Made by a program: the position numbers and the translations under genes. From IMG/VR virus record IMGVR_UViG_3300022934_000025, positions 1 to 55,753 of that record: a DNA stretch of 55,753 nucleotides. The stretch is one strand, 5' to 3'. Shown piece after piece: positions 38,907 through 47,666 of the stretch (the first letter of the stretch is position 1; the number at the start of each line of letters is the position of its first letter). The DNA comes from a virus. Lineage: Duplodnaviria; Caudoviricetes. A model generated the notes under the pieces. That model had not been told where the DNA came from, did no database searches, and saw only the letters and a program-made list of their open reading frames with translations.

Positions 38907-40910
38907 TTAGCCGCCGCCAGCGAGTGACCCAATGCCTCCTTGAGTTTCAGGTCTGCGGAAAGGATTGTCAGATACGGGCATTGTTTGTTGTGCCCCTGTC
39001 AAACCGTAAGAACTTGCGGATCGAACGTTCACTGGACCCGGTGCCGGTGCTGGACCACCCGTATTGTCCAAATCGCCTACAGGACCGACCGGGATAACGG
39101 AGTAACCGCCTTGTCCATCTGGAACAGTTCCTGACGGAATGCTACCAAAAGCACCCATACCAGCGTTTTGCCCAAACGGATTAAACCCTAGTAGATCAAC
39201 ATTAATACCACCGGGGTTACTTGCAAGATATTGATCTAACGCAGCTTGTTGTTCTGGCGTAAGTCCTGTGTTTGTCGGGTTAGTTGGAATAGGCGTTCCG
39301 GGCTCCAGATCACCATACTCGGCTAATTGACCGTCGGTTAAAAACTCTCCCGCAGGCGTCACATAATCTTCTGGATTAAAGCTGCCCATAAAATCAGAAG
39401 GCGAAGTACCTTGCGCTTCATTTATAGCACTTTGAGGCAAACCCGCGGGTTGCTGACCGGGTGTATATACACCTGTTTCAGGTTCCACAAACCCTCCAGC
39501 ATCCTGACCTAAACTGACCAGATCATCCAAAGTCAGGCCCCTACCAGTAGGTAGGCTTGGCGCTGGTTCTGGCGTGGGTTCCGGTGTTGGTCCGGGCGGT
39601 GTTGGTCCGGGCATTGTTGGCATTTCAAAATCGAAGCCTTCTCCGGGTAAACCGGTGAGGTCCAACGTGCTAAGGTCAAAAGAGCTACCGTCCGGTAAGG
39701 AAATAGTGTTTTCTGCTTCGACAACATCCCTACGGCCACCAAGAGATGCCATTTGCTCTGGTGTTGGAGCTACGGGTTCCCCAAGGTTTGGCAAAGCGGC
39801 TTGACCACGCCCCGGACCCTCAAGGTTTAATGTTGTTTGAGGCGGACCTGAAGGAGCAACAAACTCTTCTACCATAGGAAATTGATCGGCTAATGTCTCA
39901 ATACCTGATGTATCAATGTTTTGGAGAGCAGCAGCAATTTCAGGAGCGGGCTCCGGTGCTGGTTGCATTACCGGTGGCGGAACTTCCACAGGGGGAGGTG
40001 CCACGGGTCCAACTGTCCCACGTGAAAGAATATCTTCCGGAAGAGTAAAGTCCGCAGGTAAATCTATTGGTTCAGGCGTCATTACTGGGGGTGCCACAGG
40101 CTCTGGCGTAGGCTCTGGACCCGGTAAAACACCTTGAAAAGAACCCGGTGCCATAGGGGTTGGGACACCGGGCTGGCTAGGTGCCAAGGGAATAGGTGGT
40201 GCTACAGGCTCTGGTGTGGGCTGCATAACAGGCGGTGGAACCTCCACGGGTGGGGGTGCTACAGGCCCGACTGTTCCACGTGAAACAATGTCGTCTGGTG
40301 GAGCAGGTAAGTTAATCGGTGGTGGCACCTGTACCGGAGGTGGTAATTCATTGACCGGCGGAGCAGGTGGTAAAGGTGCCGCAACTGGGGGAGGCGGTGG
40401 AGGTGGAGGCGGCAATATCGGCTCAGGTACTGGCTGCGGTACTGGCGTAGGAATAGAAAATACAGGCTCTGGCGTAGGAGCAGGCATCGGCATCGGTTCC
40501 GGTACTTGCGGCATCGGTGCAGGCATGGGCGGCTCTGGAATTGGCAGAGGCGCAGGTTGTGGCACGGGCACTGGCGCAGGTACTTGAGGTACTGGCGCAG
40601 GCATAGGAATCTGCGGCTCCATTGGCGGCATAGGAATTGGTGGCACACCGGGGTTCGCAATAATCGGGCCAGATTCACCGGGTAAAGGCAGCGGCGGCTG
40701 CTTGATAGGAACCTTAACAGGCTCTGCTCTAGGAGGTTTTACAGGCAAGGGAGGCTGCTTGATAGGTACTTTAACAGGCTCTGCTCTAGGGGGTTTCACT
40801 GGTGCAGGCTGAACCGCGGGTGGAGGAGAAACCCCAACAGGAACTGGTGTAGGAAACTTAATGTCGAGCGGTAAGCCTCCGGGTGGCATAAATCTTGTAA
40901 AATCAACCAT
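38907..40910 (-). CDS. Proline-rich, probably disordered 667-aa protein
   Basis: Very Pro-rich, internal duplications, C-terminal GGIGSL; TGATG coupling. Confidence 0.75.
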   Translation of the reverse strand: MVDFTRFMPPGGLPLDIKFPTPVPVGVSPPPAVQPAPVKPPRAEPVKVPIKQPPLPVKPPRAEPVKVPIKQPPLPLPGESGPIIANPGVPPIPMPPMEPQIPMPAPVPQVPAPVPVPQPAPLPIPEPPMPAPMPQVPEPMPMPAPTPEPVFSIPTPVPQPVPEPILPPPPPPPPPVAAPLPPAPPVNELPPPVQVPPPINLPAPPDDIVSRGTVGPVAPPPVEVPPPVMQPTPEPVAPPIPLAPSQPGVPTPMAPGSFQGVLPGPEPTPEPVAPPVMTPEPIDLPADFTLPEDILSRGTVGPVAPPPVEVPPPVMQPAPEPAPEIAAALQNIDTSGIETLADQFPMVEEFVAPSGPPQTTLNLEGPGRGQAALPNLGEPVAPTPEQMASLGGRRDVVEAENTISLPDGSSFDLSTLDLTGLPGEGFDFEMPTMPGPTPPGPTPEPTPEPAPSLPTGRGLTLDDLVSLGQDAGGFVEPETGVYTPGQQPAGLPQSAINEAQGTSPSDFMGSFNPEDYVTPAGEFLTDGQLAEYGDLEPGTPIPTNPTNTGLTPEQQAALDQYLASNPGGINVDLLGFNPFGQNAGMGAFGSIPSGTVPDGQGGYSVIPVGPVGDLDNTGGPAPAPGPVNVRSASSYGLTGAQQTMPVSDNPFRRPETQGGIGSLAGGG
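40272..40287. promoter_or_regulatory. parS: parS-consensus site (intragenic)
   Basis: TGTTCCACGTGAAACA. Confidence 0.7.
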
Positions 40911-41113
40911 CAGAAAACTCCTTGAAATCGTTGTGGTCTCGCTATTGGGCTGAAACCTTTAACCACACCACCACGTTTCATTCGCTTGGCAGGCGTTTCA
41001 CCAGCCTTAGACAAGGCAATAGCCACCGCTTGGTTTTGTTCATAACCTTCGTCACGCAGCTTGCTTATGTTGCTGCTAATCGTTTTGCGGCTTTTGCCTT
41101 TCTTCAGTGGCAT
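40910..41113 (-). CDS. Small basic protein
   Basis: MPLKKGKS...[11 protein letters not shown] motif. Confidence 0.72.
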   Translation of the reverse strand: MPLKKGKSRKTISSNISKLRDEGYEQNQAVAIALSKAGETPAKRMKRGGVVKGFSPIARPQRFQGVF

Positions 41114-41114
41114 A

Positions 41115-41333
41115 TCAGCACCCTATGTAATCGCCGCCCTTCTTGGCCGCACCCATTCCACGTGCAGTAAGCTTGGAACCGGGTCCTTTGCCATACTCCA
41201 TGCGCTTATCAGAGTATGGAGCTTCAGCTGTCTTGCCGTAAGGAATACGACCTTGGTCATCAATCTGTGCATACTCTACTGGCTTCGGCGCATTTTTCGG
41301 CGCGGAACCCATATATTTTACTCTACCTTTCAT
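41115..41333 (-). CDS. Small basic protein (72 aa)
   Basis: Start at MKGRVKY after the portal stop, GGAGG RBS; [11 protein letters not shown]. Confidence 0.68.
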   Translation of the reverse strand: MKGRVKYMGSAPKNAPKPVEYAQIDDQGRIPYGKTAEAPYSDKRMEYGKGPGSKLTARGMGAAKKGGDYIGC

Positions 41334-41334
41334 T

Positions 41335-43770
41335 CTAACCTCCTTGGTTTTTAAGTAGCTCACGCTGCATTGCAGCGTCGATACGTGCTTGCGTCTGACG
41401 CTCTTGCGAAGCCAATCGCTGGTCAAACTGCGCACTACGCATCTGTTGGTTCTGTGCATCCAACTGTACTTTAGCTTGGTCAATCGCTTGATCGGCCTGA
41501 TCGGCTTGAGCCCGAATCTGAAGCTCTTGCTCTTTAAGCTGTACCAACGGATCAGGCGCACCAGCACCCGACAACTGGCCAGACAGTTCTTTCACTTGCT
41601 GCAAGCCTTCTGCTACAAACTGCGCGGTCAAACGCTCAATCTCTAGCATCTCGTCATCACTAGCAGGCTGACCACCTTTTTGCTGCATCTGTTGTAGATA
41701 AGCAACAGCGGCCTGTTCTTTAGCAGCAATCTGGACGTGTTCCATAACGTGCTTTTGCAAAGACATAGCAACCGGAGGCAAGCCGCCAACCATAGGCGAC
41801 GAACCGAATACCAAGTGCGCTTGTATGTGCGCTTGGTGGTTTTGTCCCTCAAAAGCATGAAGCTCTAACATATCCAACGCGTTGATATTTTCTTGCGCGG
41901 GGTCGAGAGGCACGGGCTCCTCATCAGGAACCGACTTCATAATACGATCAACGTCAGTCACACCCAACGCTTCATACATATCTCTAAACACTTCAGCTAA
42001 ATTGTGAAGCTCTGGAGCCTGCGTCGCTAATTGAAGCTTAGTCTGTGCCAGCATAATACGTTGTGCTTGGCTAAATACATTTGGATTACTAACAGGTACG
42101 ACATCAACACGATCATCAAAGTCGCTCTGCATAATTTTTTTGTCACCACCAGCAACCGTATACGGGTATTGCTGTGGCAAACTCTCTGACATCACACGTG
42201 CCAGAATCTTAAACTCTTGGCGCATTGCATAATGCAACCGCTTATGTACAGCACTCATCACACGAGTGCCTTGCTCCATCATTGCTATGGTTGTACCAAC
42301 AGGAGCTTGTTGATTCCCATCACCTACCTTGAGGTCCGTGATCGTCGCAAAACGCTGACCGGCCTGCACCACAAAACCCAATAGATTGAACAATGTTTGA
42401 TCGGGCCCCTTAAACGGCAGCGGCATGAGGCTATCGCGAATAGCCCCACCCGGAGCGTCCACGTCGCGGAACTCACCGGGCTGCAAAGGATCGTCATCAT
42501 CCCTGATCCGTAGTCCACGGGCCTTGAAACCCGCAGGGAGATTGGACAACGTACCAGCGTCGATCAACTGTCGCAGTGCCGCCGTGGCGGTCCTCGATAG
42601 ACCACCAATCGTATGAATCAGACCTAGCCCATAGAAACCAAAACCGGGTAGGAATTTGAAATGCGTGAAGTATTGTATCTTCTTGCGTAGCTCGTCATCT
42701 TCGCGGTAATTACGGCGAATCGACAGTATCTGTCCGTTGTCTTCTGAAATTGTGACAATGTAAGGAATTTTAATGCCGGTAGGCTCACCGTCACTATCCA
42801 TGTCCTCATAACCTTCTAGGTCAAGATCAACATGGCATTCCAAAATTGTGCAGTCGTAATCAATCTGATTAGGTTCCAGACCCTCAATGCGGTCCATCTC
42901 ACCATCTAAATCAGACATTTCTTTCTGTGCAGGAATCACCTCAACGTCTAGGTAAGTGCCTGCAATCTGCCTCTTACGCAAATCGTTGAGCGACATGCGC
43001 ACAACCTGCGTAATGTTAGGACATGTTTCGAGGTCCGCGGTCTCATAAGGAACAACCAAGTTCTCCGCAGGGACAAACTTGGATACCGCACGGCCTAGCG
43101 TTTCATCGTAATACGTCTTCTTAAACGTAGAGCCCGCCAGCGGGAGATAAAACAACATCTGATCCATGTCAGGCGTGTATTCTTCCATCACATTCGTGAT
43201 GTAGTAGTTCATGAACTGACGAACACGAGCCGCTTGCTGCGTCTTAGATACCGTGTCCTTACCCATTACTACGGTGCGCACGGGCCCCGAAGCAGGTAAC
43301 AATTCATTAAAAGCTTGTGCTTGGAACTGCGTTGCAGCTTCTGCAAGCAGCGGATGCGTTACTCCGGAGGCTCCACGGAAAGGCTGAGTACGCTCATCGT
43401 AAGTAAAGCCCAAAAGCTCCAAACCGTTAGTGTAAGCATCTTCCCATTCTTGTCGGCTTGCTTTGTTAGCATCAAACTCACCAATCAAGTCGCTCGAAAT
43501 ACGAGCCAACTCACGATCAGGAATCTCTTCAGCTAGGTTTGCATAAAAATCGTCGCTGGTGCCGCGCTGATCCTGCGGATCAAAGTCGATTACAACACCA
43601 CCATCATCTTCGGGCTTGATCTCAATGGAACCAACGTCAGTCGCCTCAATGTCTGCCATCACAACATTCGAACTATCTGGCAACTCAAGCTCAACTTCAG
43701 CCGCTAATTCATCATTGTCTAACTGCGATGGTACATCCATCAATCCTGCATTTGGTTTACCATTTGCCAT
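41335..43770 (-). CDS. Portal protein
   Basis: 811 aa; PFRGASGVTHPLL, GFYGLGLIH, LRQLIDAGTLSNLP, SAVHKRLH. Confidence 0.92.
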   Translation of the reverse strand: MANGKPNAGLMDVPSQLDNDELAAEVELELPDSSNVVMADIEATDVGSIEIKPEDDGGVVIDFDPQDQRGTSDDFYANLAEEIPDRELARISSDLIGEFDANKASRQEWEDAYTNGLELLGFTYDERTQPFRGASGVTHPLLAEAATQFQAQAFNELLPASGPVRTVVMGKDTVSKTQQAARVRQFMNYYITNVMEEYTPDMDQMLFYLPLAGSTFKKTYYDETLGRAVSKFVPAENLVVPYETADLETCPNITQVVRMSLNDLRKRQIAGTYLDVEVIPAQKEMSDLDGEMDRIEGLEPNQIDYDCTILECHVDLDLEGYEDMDSDGEPTGIKIPYIVTISEDNGQILSIRRNYREDDELRKKIQYFTHFKFLPGFGFYGLGLIHTIGGLSRTATAALRQLIDAGTLSNLPAGFKARGLRIRDDDDPLQPGEFRDVDAPGGAIRDSLMPLPFKGPDQTLFNLLGFVVQAGQRFATITDLKVGDGNQQAPVGTTIAMMEQGTRVMSAVHKRLHYAMRQEFKILARVMSESLPQQYPYTVAGGDKKIMQSDFDDRVDVVPVSNPNVFSQAQRIMLAQTKLQLATQAPELHNLAEVFRDMYEALGVTDVDRIMKSVPDEEPVPLDPAQENINALDMLELHAFEGQNHQAHIQAHLVFGSSPMVGGLPPVAMSLQKHVMEHVQIAAKEQAAVAYLQQMQQKGGQPASDDEMLEIERLTAQFVAEGLQQVKELSGQLSGAGAPDPLVQLKEQELQIRAQADQADQAIDQAKVQLDAQNQQMRSAQFDQRLASQERQTQARIDAAMQRELLKNQGG

Positions 43771-43778
43771 TGCCGCTC

Positions 43779-44507
43779 CTAATGATCCGCAATAAAGTAA
43801 CCATAAGAGTCACGAGGGAAATAAAGGTCCATGCCCTTCTCCCCACTCTCAAACCTGCGTTCATTTGCTGGTCGGTTCATAATTGCTTCTAATTGCTGGA
43901 ATATCTTTGCGTCAACCATTTTCGCTAACTGTGCAGGTGTTGCATTAATCCCAGCTTGTTTAAATATACTAACGCCCACTGCGTTATTACGCTTATCCAT
44001 AGCACGATGTAAGCGATTTGAGAAACCTATATCTTCTCCAAGGTTCCCAACAGTCATCGCGGTCTCTGGTCCGTAGTCCGCGGCTACTAAAGCAGTACCC
44101 AAGGCATGTCCACGGGCATCCGCTAGTTCTTGAGGCGTAGGCATGTCCTGTCTAGGTCTGCCAAAACGATTCTCCCCTTCAATGGGGTCTTGAACCAACG
44201 GATAACCGTACTCGCTTGAAAGCGTTTCGAAAAAGGTGTCACCTTCCGGATAGTATGTTTCGCGGGCCGCGGAGCCCGGATTGCCAGACGCTCTTATCTC
44301 TGATTGTTTATCAGCGTCGAACCTAGCTCCCTCCGGCGGATCGGCAAACGGCGTGTATTGTTCTGCAAAAAATGCTGCTACACCGCGTTCGTCAAAATCT
44401 TGCTCTTGAGCAGGGCTTGTAGTATCTTGTAAAACTACAGTAGCGCCCCCGTCCTCAAAGTAGGACACGAATCCGCCCGCTCCAAGATTTACCGCAGGAC
44501 TATTCAT
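43779..44507 (-). CDS. DUF6973/SAA-like helical domain protein
   Basis: DARGHALG...MDKRNNAVG motif pair. Confidence 0.6.
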   Translation of the reverse strand: MNSPAVNLGAGGFVSYFEDGGATVVLQDTTSPAQEQDFDERGVAAFFAEQYTPFADPPEGARFDADKQSEIRASGNPGSAARETYYPEGDTFFETLSSEYGYPLVQDPIEGENRFGRPRQDMPTPQELADARGHALGTALVAADYGPETAMTVGNLGEDIGFSNRLHRAMDKRNNAVGVSIFKQAGINATPAQLAKMVDAKIFQQLEAIMNRPANERRFESGEKGMDLYFPRDSYGYFIADH

Positions 44508-44530
44508 TAGGCCGCCTTTCCATAAAAAAG

Positions 44531-45994
44531 TTAATAATACGCTTTCACTTTAACATGGTTTTCGTCATCTTCCCAGTCATCAGTTGGTAGCTGTACAAAA
44601 TTACCCTGCCTATATCGCATAAGTGCTTGCGTCATACTATCAACTAAGTCGTCATGCTCACCATTAGGAAAAGCCGCCACTTCTTCAATTAACTCGTCTG
44701 AAAAAGTTTCGTCGGGGGCCCAAACCATCCCTGCTTCAAACAATGGCGAGACACTATGTACTCGACTCACCTTATCGTTACCTCGACTCGGTGTAAAGTT
44801 AACAACGGGTATGCCCATGTTCCGTAATTCGTGCGTCAATGGCATACCGCTTGCTTTAGCCTCCACGATTACCGTGTCAGGCTCCCAAAACTTATAATTC
44901 TCAAGCGCAACTTGTTTTAACTCAGGGAAATCCCAGCGCCCTTTTTTGCTGTCAAGCAAAATCAAATTAGGACCCGATCCACCCTCGTTAGGATAAAATA
45001 CGCCCCACGTCGTTATCGCAGAATAGTCCGACGTTTCTCTTTTACTAAAAGCCGTATCGTAGCTCTGAATCACATATTCTAGCTGGGGGACCCTATCGCG
45101 ATCCCAACAGCGCCACCACTCGCGCTTAATAATCGCGTTCTCTTCACCCGTAGGATTTTGTTGATACTGCGCGTTCCACTTGGACGGAGGAATAGATGCG
45201 CGGACCGCGGTCAAATCGTCAAGAGACCAAAATTCTGGCCAGCACGGAGTCCCATCTTCAAAAATAGCGGGCAACTCCACAACTTCCCATTGATCGGCAA
45301 GCGGGTCTTTGGCCATCGCTTTCAATAATTGACCCGTCATGTCCTTCTCAGACCAACGTGTTTGAACCAAAACGATGCTGCCACCGGGCTGCAAACGCTG
45401 ACGAGGACCACCCGTGTACCAATCCCAAGCATCATCAAACCCAGAACTCGACATAGCCGTCTGCTCCGAGTGCGGGTCGTCAATGATTACCAAGTCACCT
45501 CCACGACCAGCCAAGTTACTGCCAACGCCAACAGCGTAATACATACCACCTTTGTTCGTGTCCCAACGACCAGACGCCTTACTATCCGCAGCAAGTTTCA
45601 CCTCCGGAAATATCTCTTTGAAATCATCACTCTCAATCAGGTTCTTGGTCTTCCTACCAAAATTCACAGCAAGTTCTGTCGTGTGCGTCGCCTGAATGAT
45701 CTTCTTGTTCGGCATACGGCCCATGAACCACGCAGGGAACAGATAGGACGCAAATTCGGACTTCGTGTGACGCGGTGCCATATTAATTATGAGCCGCTTC
45801 AATTCGCCCGTGGCTACCCGTTCAAGCTTTTCTGCAATGATCCGGTGATGACGGCCCGCGATGAACTCTGGCCAAACAGTTTTCACGAAAGTTAGAAAAT
45901 CATTTTGGCACTTTTCGTTCTTTTCAAGCTGCGCAAGCCGAAGCTCAAGCTTCAGTTTTTTCTCTTCTAGCAATGTATTTTGCGCTGCACTCAT
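44531..45994 (-). CDS. terL: Terminase large subunit
   Basis: APRHTKS (Walker A variant), IIDDP, YQQNP, SYDTAF, HDDLVDS. Confidence 0.95.
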   Translation of the reverse strand: MSAAQNTLLEEKKLKLELRLAQLEKNEKCQNDFLTFVKTVWPEFIAGRHHRIIAEKLERVATGELKRLIINMAPRHTKSEFASYLFPAWFMGRMPNKKIIQATHTTELAVNFGRKTKNLIESDDFKEIFPEVKLAADSKASGRWDTNKGGMYYAVGVGSNLAGRGGDLVIIDDPHSEQTAMSSSGFDDAWDWYTGGPRQRLQPGGSIVLVQTRWSEKDMTGQLLKAMAKDPLADQWEVVELPAIFEDGTPCWPEFWSLDDLTAVRASIPPSKWNAQYQQNPTGEENAIIKREWWRCWDRDRVPQLEYVIQSYDTAFSKRETSDYSAITTWGVFYPNEGGSGPNLILLDSKKGRWDFPELKQVALENYKFWEPDTVIVEAKASGMPLTHELRNMGIPVVNFTPSRGNDKVSRVHSVSPLFEAGMVWAPDETFSDELIEEVAAFPNGEHDDLVDSMTQALMRYRQGNFVQLPTDDWEDDENHVKVKAYY

Positions 45995-46031
45995 AGGGGT
46001 CCCTAGCTAATTTTTCACACGCAGTTTTCAA

Positions 46032-46047
46032 TGTTCCACGTGGAACA
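46032..46047. promoter_or_regulatory. parS: parS-consensus palindrome 1 of tandem pair
   Basis: TGTTCCACGTGGAACA. Confidence 0.85.
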
Positions 46048-46055
46048 TTTCACGT

Positions 46056-46071
46056 TGTTTCACGTGAAACA
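46056..46071. promoter_or_regulatory. parS: parS-consensus palindrome 2 of tandem pair
   Basis: TGTTTCACGTGAAACA, exact canonical consensus. Confidence 0.87.
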
Positions 46072-46079
46072 TAGCACCA

Positions 46080-46108
46080 ATTATATGCGATTTTAAGCAC
46101 AAATATAA
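46080..46108 (-). promoter_or_regulatory. Putative promoter of terL/late operon
   Basis: Perfect TATAAT (46085-46080) preceded by ATCGCA box; poor -35. Confidence 0.5.
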
Positions 46109-46179
46109 GACAGTTAATTCTGGTTCGAAATAACTGGTGATTATTTGCGAAAAACATGGCTCAAGCCCCCGCTTCGTAA

Positions 46180-46530
46180 ACACGGGGCCGTGCGCGGTGG
46201 ATCGCGGTTTTTGGCTCCCGCTCCGTGCCATTTGACCCGATACGCTGGGGCCCCTGCCGACGGTTCGCGGCGCTTGGACCATGACCCGCGGCGCTTGGTC
46301 CAGCGGCCATGGCCGCGGATAACTGGCAGCGGCTGGGGTGCATCGTCCGCGGTTTAATTTTCACGGGCTGGGGTTCGGGGTTCGGGGATCGCGCAGCGCG
46401 GCCCGCTGCCGACGGCCTGCCGCCCGCTAACTTTTGCCAACTGGGCACGGCCTGCGGCCATGGGATCGCGGCCCGTAGGTTTTGGGAAGGGAGCGCGGGG
46501 CGGGGCCCGCCTTGTTTAACTGGGAAACAC
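46180..46530. repeat. GC-rich non-coding tract with recurrent CGCGG units
   Basis: Multiple CGCGG; tandem CGCGGCGCTTGG[A/T]CCA; no credible ORF. Confidence 0.55.
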
Positions 46531-46537
46531 TAGGCAC

Positions 46538-46565
46538 AAAAAAAGGCCCGCACGGGGCGGGCCTT
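46538..46565 (-). terminator. Terminator at end of early region
   Basis: AAGGCCCGC stem plus T-run. Confidence 0.85.
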
Positions 46566-46583
46566 CGGTTTGCTGGGGACGGT

Positions 46584-46985
46584 TTAGACGTTGATCGACA
46601 AATCCAGTTCGATGTTCGAATAGTCGACTTCAACGGATATATCCCCGTCGCGGATCATATCTTTGACGGTTTCGCGGATTTTGTCGTCGGTCGCGTCGTC
46701 GGTCTCGTCTTCGCGATCTGCTAGCGTTCGGTCGATATGCTGCCCGATGCGGTCGCGCATCAAATCAAAAAGAACATCCGCCAACTGCTGGCGCTGTTCG
46801 GCGGCGGCTTGTATCTCCGCGCTCATTTTCTGGATGTTCAGTTCCAATCGCTCCGCGTATTCCTGCAAGTTTTTATGATCCAACGCGGCGGCTTTCAAAT
46901 CCGATCCGGTCGCGTCGCGTCCGTCTTGGATATGATCGGCGGCTAATTGGTCCAGATATTCGACGTTCGTTTTAAGTTCAATCAT
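46584..46985 (-). CDS. Early hypothetical coiled-coil protein
   Basis: 133 aa; own promoter, GGAG RBS and terminator. Confidence 0.78.
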   Translation of the reverse strand: MIELKTNVEYLDQLAADHIQDGRDATGSDLKAAALDHKNLQEYAERLELNIQKMSAEIQAAAEQRQQLADVLFDLMRDRIGQHIDRTLADREDETDDATDDKIRETVKDMIRDGDISVEVDYSNIELDLSINV

Positions 46986-47038
46986 GGTTCAGTTTCTCCG
47001 TTGTTAAAGTTGCGACGGCTTGCCCGCCGTCGTATGCG

Positions 47039-47068
47039 ATTATATGCGCTAACTTTTCAAAAAGTAAA
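47039..47068 (-). promoter_or_regulatory. Early promoter
   Basis: TTTACT-18-TATAAT; near-duplicate of 47581-47610. Confidence 0.75.
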
Positions 47069-47073
47069 CCCGC

Positions 47074-47099
47074 AAAAAAAAGGCCGCCCGAAGGCGGCC
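47074..47099 (-). terminator. Terminator
   Basis: GGCCGCC-TTCG-GGCGGCC-T8. Confidence 0.9.
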
Positions 47100-47118
47100 C
47101 GATGCGGCGCGGTTGCGC

Positions 47119-47532
47119 CTAGTCAAATCTGGCGATTTTGGTTTGACGGGTTGCGCGGTCGCGTATGGCGGTAATCCCGTATTCATATACGAAACACTCG
47201 AAACCCTCAAAGATGAAACGCGCCAGCGGTGCCAGTGCTGGATCGTCGTCGTGTTCGCTTTGGTATGTCCCGTTGTGATCGTCAACGGTCCCGCTGAATG
47301 GATAACAAAAGCCGCCAAATTGATAAGCGTCATCCATGCCCGCCGCGATATTGTCCAGCGTCAACGGGTCCGCCGTCATGCAAGCTTGGCAGAAAAAGTC
47401 GGGAATGATCCCGCAAGCTTCCGCCAATTGTGCAGGCGTTGCCCCGCCTAGCTGTTTATCCTGCGCAGGATTGAAAACCCGATCCAGTAATAAGTCGGAC
47501 GGGCGCACATTTAAAGTTCTAACGTTTTCCAT
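47119..47532 (-). CDS. Early hypothetical protein
   Basis: 137 aa; VYEYGITAI...ARFD; cassette with promoter and terminator. Confidence 0.78.
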   Translation of the reverse strand: MENVRTLNVRPSDLLLDRVFNPAQDKQLGGATPAQLAEACGIIPDFFCQACMTADPLTLDNIAAGMDDAYQFGGFCYPFSGTVDDHNGTYQSEHDDDPALAPLARFIFEGFECFVYEYGITAIRDRATRQTKIARFD

Positions 47533-47580
47533 GGTTTTTTACTCCGTAGTAATGCGGCGCTTTATTGCCCCGCGTATGTG

Positions 47581-47610
47581 ATTATATGCGATAACTTTTG
47601 AAAAAGTAAA
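47581..47610 (-). promoter_or_regulatory. Early promoter
   Basis: TTTACT-18-TATAAT. Confidence 0.75.
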
Positions 47611-47618
47611 GTAGAAAC

Positions 47619-47645
47619 AAAAAGGCCCGCACATTGGCGGGCCTT
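47619..47645 (-). terminator. Terminator
   Basis: AAGGCCCGC stem plus T-run; near-identical to 46538-46565. Confidence 0.82.
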
Positions 47646-47666
47646 CGGTTTGCGTTGTCGCTGGTT

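Noticed and set aside
46028-46533. Short ORFs in the terL-upstream region (including one ending MFHVKQREMFHVEH)
   Set aside because: They are translations of parS palindromes and GC-rich repeats, with no RBS or protein-like composition.
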